This document shows positions 18,709-27,070 of a stretch of DNA of 64,000 nt, piece after piece. Each line of letters opens with the position of its first letter. Position 1 is the first letter of the stretch. The stretch covers positions 1,312,001 through 1,376,000 of the forward strand of contig JAKFCY010000002.1 of assembly GCA_036676395.1 (NCBI GenBank), in the 5' to 3' direction. The position numbers and the translations under genes were made by a program. The notes beneath the pieces were generated by a model that was given only the letters and a program-made list of their open reading frames with translations, was not told where the DNA came from and did no database searches. This DNA is from Bdellovibrio sp. (GTDB taxonomy: Bacteria; Bdellovibrionota; Bdellovibrionia; Bdellovibrionales; Bdellovibrionaceae).

Positions 18709-18816
18709 TTTCTCTGTTTGCAAAAGCTAGGTTCGTGAACTAAAGAATCTGGACCTAAGCTGTAAAATCATGAAAATATATTAACAGGCGAGCACAATGC
18801 TCGCTATTCTTAGTCT

Positions 18817-19689
18817 ATGTTAAGAATAACTTTTCTAATTACAACTCTTGTTACGCAATTAACATGGGCGGCATCACCAACAACCACGGTTTCTGCTGCC
18901 GTAAAAACAAAATCTGCCGCAAAGCCAACATTTGATTTAGTTTCAATAAAAAAACTTTATGACAAAGATTCAAAAGAAGATATTAATGCTAAAGGCGACA
19001 AGGGTTGGGCATTGCTGCATCACGCAGCTTTAGCGAACAAAGCTGATATCGTGGCCTTTGCTTTAACAAAAGGGGCGCAAATTAATGCGCAAGCAAACGA
19101 TAAATCAACACCGCTCATAGTAGCTTCGCAAGTTGGCGCAAAACAAGCCGTCATGTTGCTTACAGAAAAAGGGGCCGAGATCAATGCGCGTATGACGGGC
19201 GGATTTACCGCGCTTCATTTGGCGGCCCAGCAAGGGCAAACTGAAATTATAAAAATCTTAATCGCTGCAGGCGCTGATAAAACTTTATTAAGCGAACCTA
19301 AAGGCAGTGGCTTGCAACCGATCCATCTTGCGGCGTTGGGCGGGCATGTTTCGGCAATGAGCACATTATACAAAGCCGGAGTTTCCATCGATGCTTTAAC
19401 AGGGGATAAAAAAACTCCACTGATGATTGCTCTTGCAGCTAAACAAGATAAAATGGCGAACTTAATCGTAAACACCGGGGCAAATTTAAACGCTGCCGAT
19501 TCACAAGGGTTAACCGCATTAATGATTTTATCAAGTCATGATGGCAGTCTAGAGCTGGCTAAAAAAATGATAGATAAGGGTGCAAAGCTTGAAATCGAAT
19601 CTAAAGGTAATGCGACCGCTTTAGATTACGCTAAATCTAAAAAGCGTGATGATTTGATAAAGTATTTTGAATCAAAGGGCGCGAAATAG
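18817..19689 (+). CDS. Secreted ankyrin-repeat protein
   Basis: Several G.T(P/A)LH.AA...GA.IN repeats; signal peptide. Confidence 0.92.
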   Translation: MLRITFLITTLVTQLTWAASPTTTVSAAVKTKSAAKPTFDLVSIKKLYDKDSKEDINAKGDKGWALLHHAALANKADIVAFALTKGAQINAQANDKSTPLIVASQVGAKQAVMLLTEKGAEINARMTGGFTALHLAAQQGQTEIIKILIAAGADKTLLSEPKGSGLQPIHLAALGGHVSAMSTLYKAGVSIDALTGDKKTPLMIALAAKQDKMANLIVNTGANLNAADSQGLTALMILSSHDGSLELAKKMIDKGAKLEIESKGNATALDYAKSKKRDDLIKYFESKGAK

Positions 19690-19802
19690 CCAAGTTTTTT
19701 TGTAGCTCAGTTTTTGCAATTGTACCGCAATTAGTAAAAAACTGAGAAAATTTGCCACATTATCGTGGCAAAAAATATCAAGAACAAAAAATGAGGACAA
19801 CT

Positions 19803-20489
19803 ATGAGAAAAAATCAAAGAAATGATTCAAACTATGAATCAACCAGCCGCCGTAATAATCAAGCTTCACAAAGAATGTATTCAGGTCGTGATCGCAATTT
19901 CGATACCGACTCTGATCTTTACGAAAATGAAGACTATTACCGTAATGAATCACATCAAAGTCCACGCAGTGATTATGATTTTGAACCAAGTGACCGTCCA
20001 AGGTTTGAAGCGCCTCAAGGCCGCGGCCGTATGGAAAGCCACGGTCTAACATCAGACTATACGAGCAGTGCACGTGATTATTCAGGAAATTTTCCATCGT
20101 CTGAATTATCAGGTTCAGGACGCCGAGAAGCCGGTTATGGAAGTTCGTGGACACAAGGTGCTCACGCCGGAAAAGGCCCTAAAGGTTATCAGCGTTCAGA
20201 AGAAAGAATTCGCGAAGATGTGTGCGACGCTTTAGAAGCGCACGCGCATATTGATGCTTCAGATATTGATGTTGAAGTGAGCGACGGCTTAGTGACTTTA
20301 ACTGGAACAGTCGATTCGCGCCAGGCAAAGCGCCTAGCTGAGCAAGCGGTTGAAACTGTTCGTGGTATTAAAGATATCAGTAACGAACTTCGAATTATGT
20401 CTACAAGTGAAAATGTAAGAGAAGCTAAAAGTTTTACGCCGACTAAAACAAAATCCGGCAAAAAATCGAGTGCAAATTACAAGCAATAA
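19803..20489 (+). CDS. BON-domain protein with disordered Arg/Ser-rich N-terminus
   Basis: GKGPKGYQRSEERIREDV...IDVEV..GLVTLTG...V.GI..I.NEL. Confidence 0.88.
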   Translation: MRKNQRNDSNYESTSRRNNQASQRMYSGRDRNFDTDSDLYENEDYYRNESHQSPRSDYDFEPSDRPRFEAPQGRGRMESHGLTSDYTSSARDYSGNFPSSELSGSGRREAGYGSSWTQGAHAGKGPKGYQRSEERIREDVCDALEAHAHIDASDIDVEVSDGLVTLTGTVDSRQAKRLAEQAVETVRGIKDISNELRIMSTSENVREAKSFTPTKTKSGKKSSANYKQ

Positions 20490-20547
20490 TATCAAATTAA
20501 AAAAAAGAGACTCCGAATATCTTGGGTGATCGTTGCCAGAGGTTCAG

Positions 20548-20571
20548 AAGAGGACTTCGGTCCTCTTTTTT
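20548..20571 (+). terminator. Intrinsic terminator with cUUCGg loop
   Basis: AAGAGGAC-TTCG-GTCCTCTT followed by Ts. Confidence 0.85.
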
Positions 20572-20573
20572 AT

Positions 20574-22316
20574 TTATTTTCGGATGAAGCGTAATTCTTG
20601 GGGCTCATCAGAGCCATCGGGTCCTGTTGGCAACATGCGAATTAAAACTAATTCATCTTTGCTGCAACGAAATTTCGTCGAGCCTTCGATAAAATCATCA
20701 AAATTTGAATACGGGTTTGTCGTGTCAGAAACGCCGTAAGGAAAGAACACTTGAATGCGAATGTTGTAATCGGCTCCGATATCAGAAAAACAAATTTCAT
20801 TCTTAGCTAAAAGCTTTGAATAAGCATCGGTGGATCCATTCATCGTCACTAAAACGCGAAGATCACCAAACTCTTCATCTTTAACAATGACTGAAGCACT
20901 AAAATCAGTTTGGCTAAATGTAAATTTTTGACCGTTAGTTATTGATAAAGCGTAGCCTCCTGAAGAGTTTTCGACCACATAAGATTTGTGGCTGAAAATG
21001 CGTGAGAACATTTTATCAAGCGAGGGTTTATCCAGTTCATAATCGCCAACTAAACAGGGATCAAATTCTACTTTTTCAATACAGTGGCACTCGGCTTTTT
21101 CTGCAGTGATTTTTACAGCGAATTTATCATTCAAGGGGTCATCACTGGCGTAAGAAGAAAGGATATCGATGCTTTTTGGAAAAGCCTTACAAGACATATC
21201 TACTGTTGTAGGGTAGCCAGAAATCAAAAAATTCCACGAACCTGTGGTGCCGGTGTTTCGCATAGCCATAGGATTCACAATGCTATCCGAGCTGACCATG
21301 TTTTCAATTTTAATTCTTGTTTTTGCTGGTAATGAAAATTCTGTGATTCTGATCGTTAAAATTTCATTAAACCACTCAAAATTATTTTCGCCTTCTTTGA
21401 CTTTAAAATTTTCAGTAAGTGTCGGAAGCGAAGTGGTCATAAAGTTTCCGGTAAAATCTTTAATCCGGTTGCTGGTGATATCTTGCGCGAAGCTATCAAA
21501 AAATAGTTCAATCGATGGAATATCCAAAACGGATTCAATCTGCTCTGGAGTGTCACCGCTATTTGGCAGGTCTTCTAGCATACTAAGTACACCATCAACA
21601 CCTAACCAGCTGTGAGAAAGTGACTGAAAAAATAAATGAGTCCCATACTTGTTATTGTCGTCTTGCAAAACCAAAGATTTATTACCTTGGTAGTCATCAT
21701 TATAGTCAAATTCTTGATTGATAGCAGGGTATACTAAATTACTAAACCAAACTGCAGAGCCTTCGCTCCACCATTGATGAGCGCTCTTTGGCGTATCAAC
21801 AATTTTATCTTGCCATAAAGTATCTTGGACACAGTGAAAGATTTCGTGCGCTAACATTTGTCGTTGGCGATCAGGGGATTGTTTTTTGAAATTATCGATA
21901 TACACAAGAATCGGACATGATTCCTCGTCGCTGGAGTGACCTACGCGAACCATAGCAACTTCATTTTTATCAGCTTTTTGATCGGTAAAAACAAAAGTTA
22001 AAGGCTTAAAACGAAGTTTAACTGAAGATTCAGCGTGAAGGGCTATGATTTTAGCGACAACAGTTATAAAAACTTCGTGGGCGCGAAATGAAAATCCTGT
22101 ATCATCTGGTGAGGCCGGAAATCCTTTTGCGTAATGATAAACTTCGGCTTGGGCTCCTTCAGGAGTTTCCCATTTCTCACTGGATTGACAGTCTAAACCT
22201 TCTGGAAATCGGGGATCAGGATAACCCTTGGCCCATAGAGTATTGCAGTTAATTGATTTAGCTTGGGCCAAAGCCGGAAGAACGAAAAGTAAAGAAAGTA
22301 AGAGGATGAATTTCAT
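20574..22316 (-). CDS. Secreted putative zinc metallopeptidase (gluzincin-like) with beta-rich C-terminal domains
   Basis: Signal peptide; AHEIFHCVQ plus a downstream WWSEG. Confidence 0.65.
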   Translation of the reverse strand: MKFILLLSLLFVLPALAQAKSINCNTLWAKGYPDPRFPEGLDCQSSEKWETPEGAQAEVYHYAKGFPASPDDTGFSFRAHEVFITVVAKIIALHAESSVKLRFKPLTFVFTDQKADKNEVAMVRVGHSSDEESCPILVYIDNFKKQSPDRQRQMLAHEIFHCVQDTLWQDKIVDTPKSAHQWWSEGSAVWFSNLVYPAINQEFDYNDDYQGNKSLVLQDDNNKYGTHLFFQSLSHSWLGVDGVLSMLEDLPNSGDTPEQIESVLDIPSIELFFDSFAQDITSNRIKDFTGNFMTTSLPTLTENFKVKEGENNFEWFNEILTIRITEFSLPAKTRIKIENMVSSDSIVNPMAMRNTGTTGSWNFLISGYPTTVDMSCKAFPKSIDILSSYASDDPLNDKFAVKITAEKAECHCIEKVEFDPCLVGDYELDKPSLDKMFSRIFSHKSYVVENSSGGYALSITNGQKFTFSQTDFSASVIVKDEEFGDLRVLVTMNGSTDAYSKLLAKNEICFSDIGADYNIRIQVFFPYGVSDTTNPYSNFDDFIEGSTKFRCSKDELVLIRMLPTGPDGSDEPQELRFIRK

Positions 22317-22401
22317 GGCGCAAGAATTAACACAAATTGCGCCAACTTCCAGCGAAAATTTCAGCTCAGGTAAAAACTCAAAGGTTCAATAAATGACTTA
22401 G

Positions 22402-22484
22402 TGGTGCGCGGAGAGGGACTTGAACCCTCACGCTTGCGCATACGCCCCTCAAACGTACGTGTCTACCAATTCCACCATCCGCGC
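22402..22484 (-). tRNA. tRNA-Leu(GAG)
   Basis: 83-nt cloverleaf: GCGCGGA/TCCGCGC acceptor stem, anticodon loop TTGAGGG, variable arm, TTCAAGT T-loop, encoded CCA. Confidence 0.97.
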
Positions 22485-22593
22485 GCACAAATAATTAAAG
22501 CAAACCGTTAAAGAACGGTCAACGAGGTATAGAAAAATGCCCCGTTTTTGTGGCAGCCTTGACGAAACTTTAAGTTTTTGCATAAAGTTTCGT

Positions 22594-22956
22594 ATGGCTA
22601 AGACAATCCTGATCGTTGAAGACGACGAATCGATTCGAGAGACCTTGCAAGCAGTGCTCGAATTAGAGGGCCACGAAGTCCTGACTGCTGAAAACGGGCA
22701 GGAGGGGTTAAATGTATTAGCTGTTCAACCCAAACCTTGTCTTATTCTTTTAGATTTGATGATGCCGGTTATGAATGGCTGGGAATTTGCCACCGCTCTT
22801 GAAAATGACTCAAAACTTTCTTCAATCCCCATTATCGTGGTGAGTGCCTATACTGACAAAGCCACGACCATTAAATCAATAGGGTTTTTAAAAAAACCAA
22901 TTGATCTTAGATCACTCAATGAAACTGTGAAAAAATGGTGTGCTGCCCATGAGTAG
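22594..22956 (+). CDS. Single-domain response regulator (receiver)
   Basis: ILIVEDD, LLDLMMP, SA and KKP motifs. Confidence 0.92.
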   Translation: MAKTILIVEDDESIRETLQAVLELEGHEVLTAENGQEGLNVLAVQPKPCLILLDLMMPVMNGWEFATALENDSKLSSIPIIVVSAYTDKATTIKSIGFLKKPIDLRSLNETVKKWCAAHE

Positions 22957-25054
22957 TTCAATCCCTGGAGTTTCAGTTCAATCATTCGGTGAAGGAAAAA
23001 TGGGGGCTCTAATTCGTGCGCATGACTGGAGCAAAACGTCGCTTGGGCCTTATGAGTCTTGGCCGAAATCTTTAAAAGCCCATGTAAGCATGATGCTGGC
23101 GCTACCAACAGCCGCGTCTATTTTTTGGGGTAAAGATTTACTGCAAATTTATAACGACGCTTGTACGGCAACCATGGGTGATCGCCATCCGCGTAATTTA
23201 GGATTGCCGATTAATCAGGGATGGCCTGAAGCTTATTCAATGATGAAGTCTTTATTTGATCGTGTCATTGAACACGCAGAAGTCGTTGTGAACAAGCGCG
23301 TGTTCACGCCACTTGAGCGTAATGGATTTATTGAAGAATGTTATTTCGATTCGACAATGAGCCCGCTTAAAGGCGATGACGATCAGACACATGGAATTCT
23401 TTCTTTAGTTATTTCAGAAAATACAGAATTGGTTTTAAGCGAACGCAGAACTGCGACACTGCGTAAGCTTGCACAAACAATCATTTCGCCTGCTGATAAT
23501 TTTAAAAGTTTGATGGAGGTATTTGCATCAAATCCAAATGATATACGATTTGCATTTTTATTTTTACCTGACGATTTAAATTTACAGGTTAAGCTTGCGG
23601 CCAGTTTCGGAATCGATGAACGAATGCTTGAAGCTACTGACTTTGATCAACTTATGAAGTCTGTTCGTCATGTGCTGACTTCAAATAATCCAATCGAAAT
23701 TAATAATTTTCAAAATCTAATTCCGCATGCGCCGATTGCACCATGGCCAGAACCAACGCAAAAAGCGATTCTGATTCCGATACGTACAGATTCAAATCCT
23801 GCAACAGGAGTTTTGGTTTTTGGTATTAGCCCGCGGCTAAAACTTGACGAGTCCTATCGCGGTTTTTTAGTCGATATTACTTTAAAGATGGGAAGCATTC
23901 TTGAAGCACAGGCCCAGACCATGGATGCGGTAAAAATTCATAAGTCATATGAGTTTTTAAACTCGGTAATTGAACATGTGCCATTGATGATTTTTGTAAA
24001 AGACGCCAAAGAATTACGATTCACACGCTTTAATAAAGCTGGTGAAGAATTGCTGGGCTATAAGAGTGAAGAGCTTATCGGTAAGAACGATTATGATTTT
24101 TTCAATAAAAAAGAAGCCGACTTTTTTACTGAAAAAGACCGCGCCACTTTAAATAGCGGTAAAATTTTAGATATACCTGAAGAAAAAATTCAAACTCGTC
24201 TTAATGGTGAACGTTTTTTACATACGAAAAAAATCACCTTGCATGACGAGAATGGAAATCCCGAGTTCTTGCTCGGGATTTCAGAAGACATCACCGAAAA
24301 AAAAATAGCTGAAGAGCAGCATCGCTTATTATTGCAAGAACAGTTTGCCAGAAGCGAAGCTGAAAAAATGATTCAGCAGCGCGATGATTTTATTTCAATT
24401 GCAGCCCACGAACTGCGAACACCACTGACTTCGATCAGTCTACAGAATCAACTCCTCAGTAAATTTTTGCCGACGTTAGGTGATACTCCGAATGTTCAAA
24501 AATTTATTACTCTGACGAATAACTGTCAGGCACAAATTGAACGTCTGACAAAGCTTGTCGAGAATTTATTAGATGTCACGCGTGCCACCACCGGAAGATT
24601 AGTTTTAGATAAAACGCATGTTAATTTGGCTGATTTAGTCGAGCGAATTATTAAAGGCCTTGAAGTTGAACTTTACCGATCGAAATGTAAACTTGAACTT
24701 GATCTTGAGCCCACGCTAAACGGCAAATGGGACGCCAGCCGTCTTGAGCAGGTTTTTGTAAACCTAATGACCAACGCGATTAAGTTTGGCAAGGGGCAAC
24801 CTATTGAAATATCGGCTAAACAAGTGGGCGCATTTGCTGTTCTGCGGGTGACAGATCACGGTATCGGTATATCTGCTGAAGATCAGGTAAGACTGTTTAA
24901 TCGCTTTGAGCGGGCGGTATCCATCACATCGTTTGGTGGCTTAGGGCTTGGGTTATACATCTCTAGACAAATCGCTACAGCTCACGGAGGCACTATCGAG
25001 GTGCAGAGTGAGGTTGGCAAAGGCACCACGTTCACAGTGAAGCTTCCGCTGTAA
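22949..25054 (+). CDS. Cytoplasmic PAS/GAF sensor histidine kinase
   Basis: PAS domains; HELRTPL H-box; NLMTNA, DHGIG, GLGLGL and GKGTTF boxes. Confidence 0.93.
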   Translation: MSSSIPGVSVQSFGEGKMGALIRAHDWSKTSLGPYESWPKSLKAHVSMMLALPTAASIFWGKDLLQIYNDACTATMGDRHPRNLGLPINQGWPEAYSMMKSLFDRVIEHAEVVVNKRVFTPLERNGFIEECYFDSTMSPLKGDDDQTHGILSLVISENTELVLSERRTATLRKLAQTIISPADNFKSLMEVFASNPNDIRFAFLFLPDDLNLQVKLAASFGIDERMLEATDFDQLMKSVRHVLTSNNPIEINNFQNLIPHAPIAPWPEPTQKAILIPIRTDSNPATGVLVFGISPRLKLDESYRGFLVDITLKMGSILEAQAQTMDAVKIHKSYEFLNSVIEHVPLMIFVKDAKELRFTRFNKAGEELLGYKSEELIGKNDYDFFNKKEADFFTEKDRATLNSGKILDIPEEKIQTRLNGERFLHTKKITLHDENGNPEFLLGISEDITEKKIAEEQHRLLLQEQFARSEAEKMIQQRDDFISIAAHELRTPLTSISLQNQLLSKFLPTLGDTPNVQKFITLTNNCQAQIERLTKLVENLLDVTRATTGRLVLDKTHVNLADLVERIIKGLEVELYRSKCKLELDLEPTLNGKWDASRLEQVFVNLMTNAIKFGKGQPIEISAKQVGAFAVLRVTDHGIGISAEDQVRLFNRFERAVSITSFGGLGLGLYISRQIATAHGGTIEVQSEVGKGTTFTVKLPL

Positions 25055-25138
25055 CGTCTCAAAATGCGAAATCTTTAATTTATAATTTAGTTTGGCAAAC
25101 CCTGTGGCAAACTAATTAATTCAAAGGGGTTTAAGCGC

Positions 25139-25552
25139 ATGTTAAAATTTTTAGTTTTAATTTTTTCAATCAGCTTTTTAACTTTACCAACTTTTGCTGA
25201 AGAAGATTTAGATGCAGCCTTAAAAGACGTGCAAGATTTAATGCGCAGTGAAGCTAAACGCAATGACGTGATCAAAGCAAGCCCCAAAGCCCAACAAGCT
25301 GATGACTTTGCCTTGCAAGCGGTCGGCGGCAATCAGGCCTTAAAGAACGATGTCTATGATGTCTCAGCAGACATTATGGCGACCGTGAAGCAACAAAGTG
25401 GCGGCGACGCTGCAAAGATGAATGAGCTTTTGCAAAAAGCCTTACAAAATCCTGCCGCCTTTTTAAAGTCTTTACCCGCAGAACAACAGGCAAAAATTCG
25501 CGATATTGCAGCTAAGACAGAAAAACAGAAAAGCAGCCCAGCTAAGCCATAG
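25139..25552 (+). CDS. Hypothetical secreted helical protein
   Basis: Signal peptide; SD AAGGGG. Confidence 0.75.
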   Translation: MLKFLVLIFSISFLTLPTFAEEDLDAALKDVQDLMRSEAKRNDVIKASPKAQQADDFALQAVGGNQALKNDVYDVSADIMATVKQQSGGDAAKMNELLQKALQNPAAFLKSLPAEQQAKIRDIAAKTEKQKSSPAKP

Positions 25553-25690
25553 AGGCGATTCACAGCATCCAAAACTCTATAGTGTTTATACATACTTATA
25601 CCAACCCATAAGGCTAGATTATGGTCTGGATTTATATTTCTTTTGCTCTATTTTTAACCCCGAAACACCACTTTATCATCTTACCAATAA

Positions 25691-25827
25691 GAGCAAGGAC
25701 GCTCCCCAGACGACAAAGGGGTGTACACAGCTAGGATGGCTGTTTCCAATGTCGTCAATAGCCAAGGATGGCGAAGTAAGTGAAACGAACAGTTCAAGCA
25801 ATTGAACAATTGAAGAAGGAGTTTCAA
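25691..25827 (+). ncRNA. Structured RNA or 5' leader with AGGA-loop hairpins (Csr/Rsm-type sites)
   Basis: Hairpins GAGC-AAGGAC-GCTC, ACAGC-TAGGATG-GCTGT, GCCA-AGGA-TGGC, GTTCAA-GCAA-TTGAAC and TTGAAG-AAGGAG-TTTCAA. Confidence 0.6.
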
Positions 25828-25929
25828 GTGAGTTTCGAATTGAGTGAGGTTTTAATTTTTTGTGGTTTTTATTCTAGCCTGGTGATCTTTTCCCTCTGGA
25901 TCACTGTAGCTGACAGAATAAAGATGTAA
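25828..25929 (+). CDS. 33-aa single-TM small protein, absent from the ORF track
   Basis: GTG start after SD AAGGAG; MSFELSEVLIFCGFYSSLVIFSLWITVADRIKM. Confidence 0.55.
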   Translation: MSFELSEVLIFCGFYSSLVIFSLWITVADRIKM

Positions 25930-25992
25930 CAAAAAGATATTAGTTCTAAGTAAGAGTGAGTTGGGTTTTGGTGGTTCCCTAACTTAATCTTC

Positions 25993-26027
25993 AGCGGAAA
26001 GCCTAAAAAGCTTTCCGCTTTTTTTTT
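25993..26027 (+). terminator. Intrinsic terminator
   Basis: AGCGGAAAGC-CTAAAAA-GCTTTCCGCT followed by a T tract. Confidence 0.88.
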
Positions 26028-26054
26028 GCCTTTTTTTCATGTAGATATATTCAT

Positions 26055-27062
26055 ATGAAACTTTCTGACCTACGTTTTGATTATCCTGAAGAACTTATAG
26101 CTACAAGTCCATCGCGCCCAACGCGAGTAATGCTTGTGGACACAAGCGGTCAGCCAAGCGAAATAACAATTTCACAATTAATCGAACAAATTCCGGCAGG
26201 CGATGTTTTAGTTTTAAACGACACCAAAGTTTTAAAAAGACGGGTATTTGTGCGGACGGCTGAGTCCGATGATCTAGAAATTCTTTTCTTAGAAGAATTG
26301 CCAGACGGTACCCAAAAAGTTTTATTTCCTTCAAAAAAATATAAAGTTAACGACGAGATCACTTTACCTAATGGCGCTAAAATGAAGCTTTTAGAAAAAG
26401 GACTTCCGCAAATCGTTCAAGTTAGGCCTCGATTAACTGAAGCTGATTTTGATAGATTCGGCGAATTGCCGCTGCCGCCATATATTCAAAAAGCCCGCGA
26501 TGCCCGCCATAACGTACAAGCTGATGAAAGCTGGTATCAGACAGCTTGGGCACAAAACCCCGGAAGTTTCGCGGCACCCACGGCAAGTCTGCATTTTAGT
26601 GAGGCCGATTTAAAAAAACTTGAAGCTAAAGGCGTAAAAGTTTTAAAAATCACTCTGCATGTGGGGCTTGGAACTTTTCTGCCGGTAAAAACCGAAAATT
26701 TAAATGATCACAAAATGCATGCTGAAGTTTACGAAGTTTCAAAAGCTGTTTGGGATCAAATCGAAAAAGCAAAGGCTGCGCAACATAAGGTTTGGGCCTT
26801 GGGTACGACAGTCACACGCACCCTAGAAACGGTCGCCCGTACAAAAGAATTGTCTGGTTCATCAGAAATTTTATTACAAGTGGGCAGTGATTTTTTAGTG
26901 GTCGACCGCTTGATGACAAATTTTCATCAACCAGAATCAACATTGCTCGCACTGGTGTCTGGATTTTCTACGTTAGAAAATGTAAAGAAAAATTATGCCT
27001 GGGCCATCGAGCGCAAATTCAAACTTTTCAGCTACGGCGATTTCTCGGTCTGGAAAAGGTAG
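26055..27062 (+). CDS. queA: S-adenosylmethionine:tRNA ribosyltransferase-isomerase
   Basis: LPLPPYI, YQT, AAPTASLHF, LHVGLGTF, TNFHQP and FSYGD motifs. Confidence 0.96.
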   Translation: MKLSDLRFDYPEELIATSPSRPTRVMLVDTSGQPSEITISQLIEQIPAGDVLVLNDTKVLKRRVFVRTAESDDLEILFLEELPDGTQKVLFPSKKYKVNDEITLPNGAKMKLLEKGLPQIVQVRPRLTEADFDRFGELPLPPYIQKARDARHNVQADESWYQTAWAQNPGSFAAPTASLHFSEADLKKLEAKGVKVLKITLHVGLGTFLPVKTENLNDHKMHAEVYEVSKAVWDQIEKAKAAQHKVWALGTTVTRTLETVARTKELSGSSEILLQVGSDFLVVDRLMTNFHQPESTLLALVSGFSTLENVKKNYAWAIERKFKLFSYGDFSVWKR

Positions 27063-27070
27063 TTATTTTC

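Noticed and set aside
22402..22484. tRNA-Leu as an integration site for a prophage or island
   Set aside because: No integrase and no duplicated tRNA 3' end seen in the window
25092..25112. TTGGCAAACCCTGTGGCA as a sigma54 promoter
   Set aside because: Spacing is 11; it is better described as a short TGGCAAAC direct repeat of unknown meaning
25506..25805. 99-aa ORF from the ORF track
   Set aside because: It overlaps the previous gene, has no recognisable features, and runs across the structured RNA region
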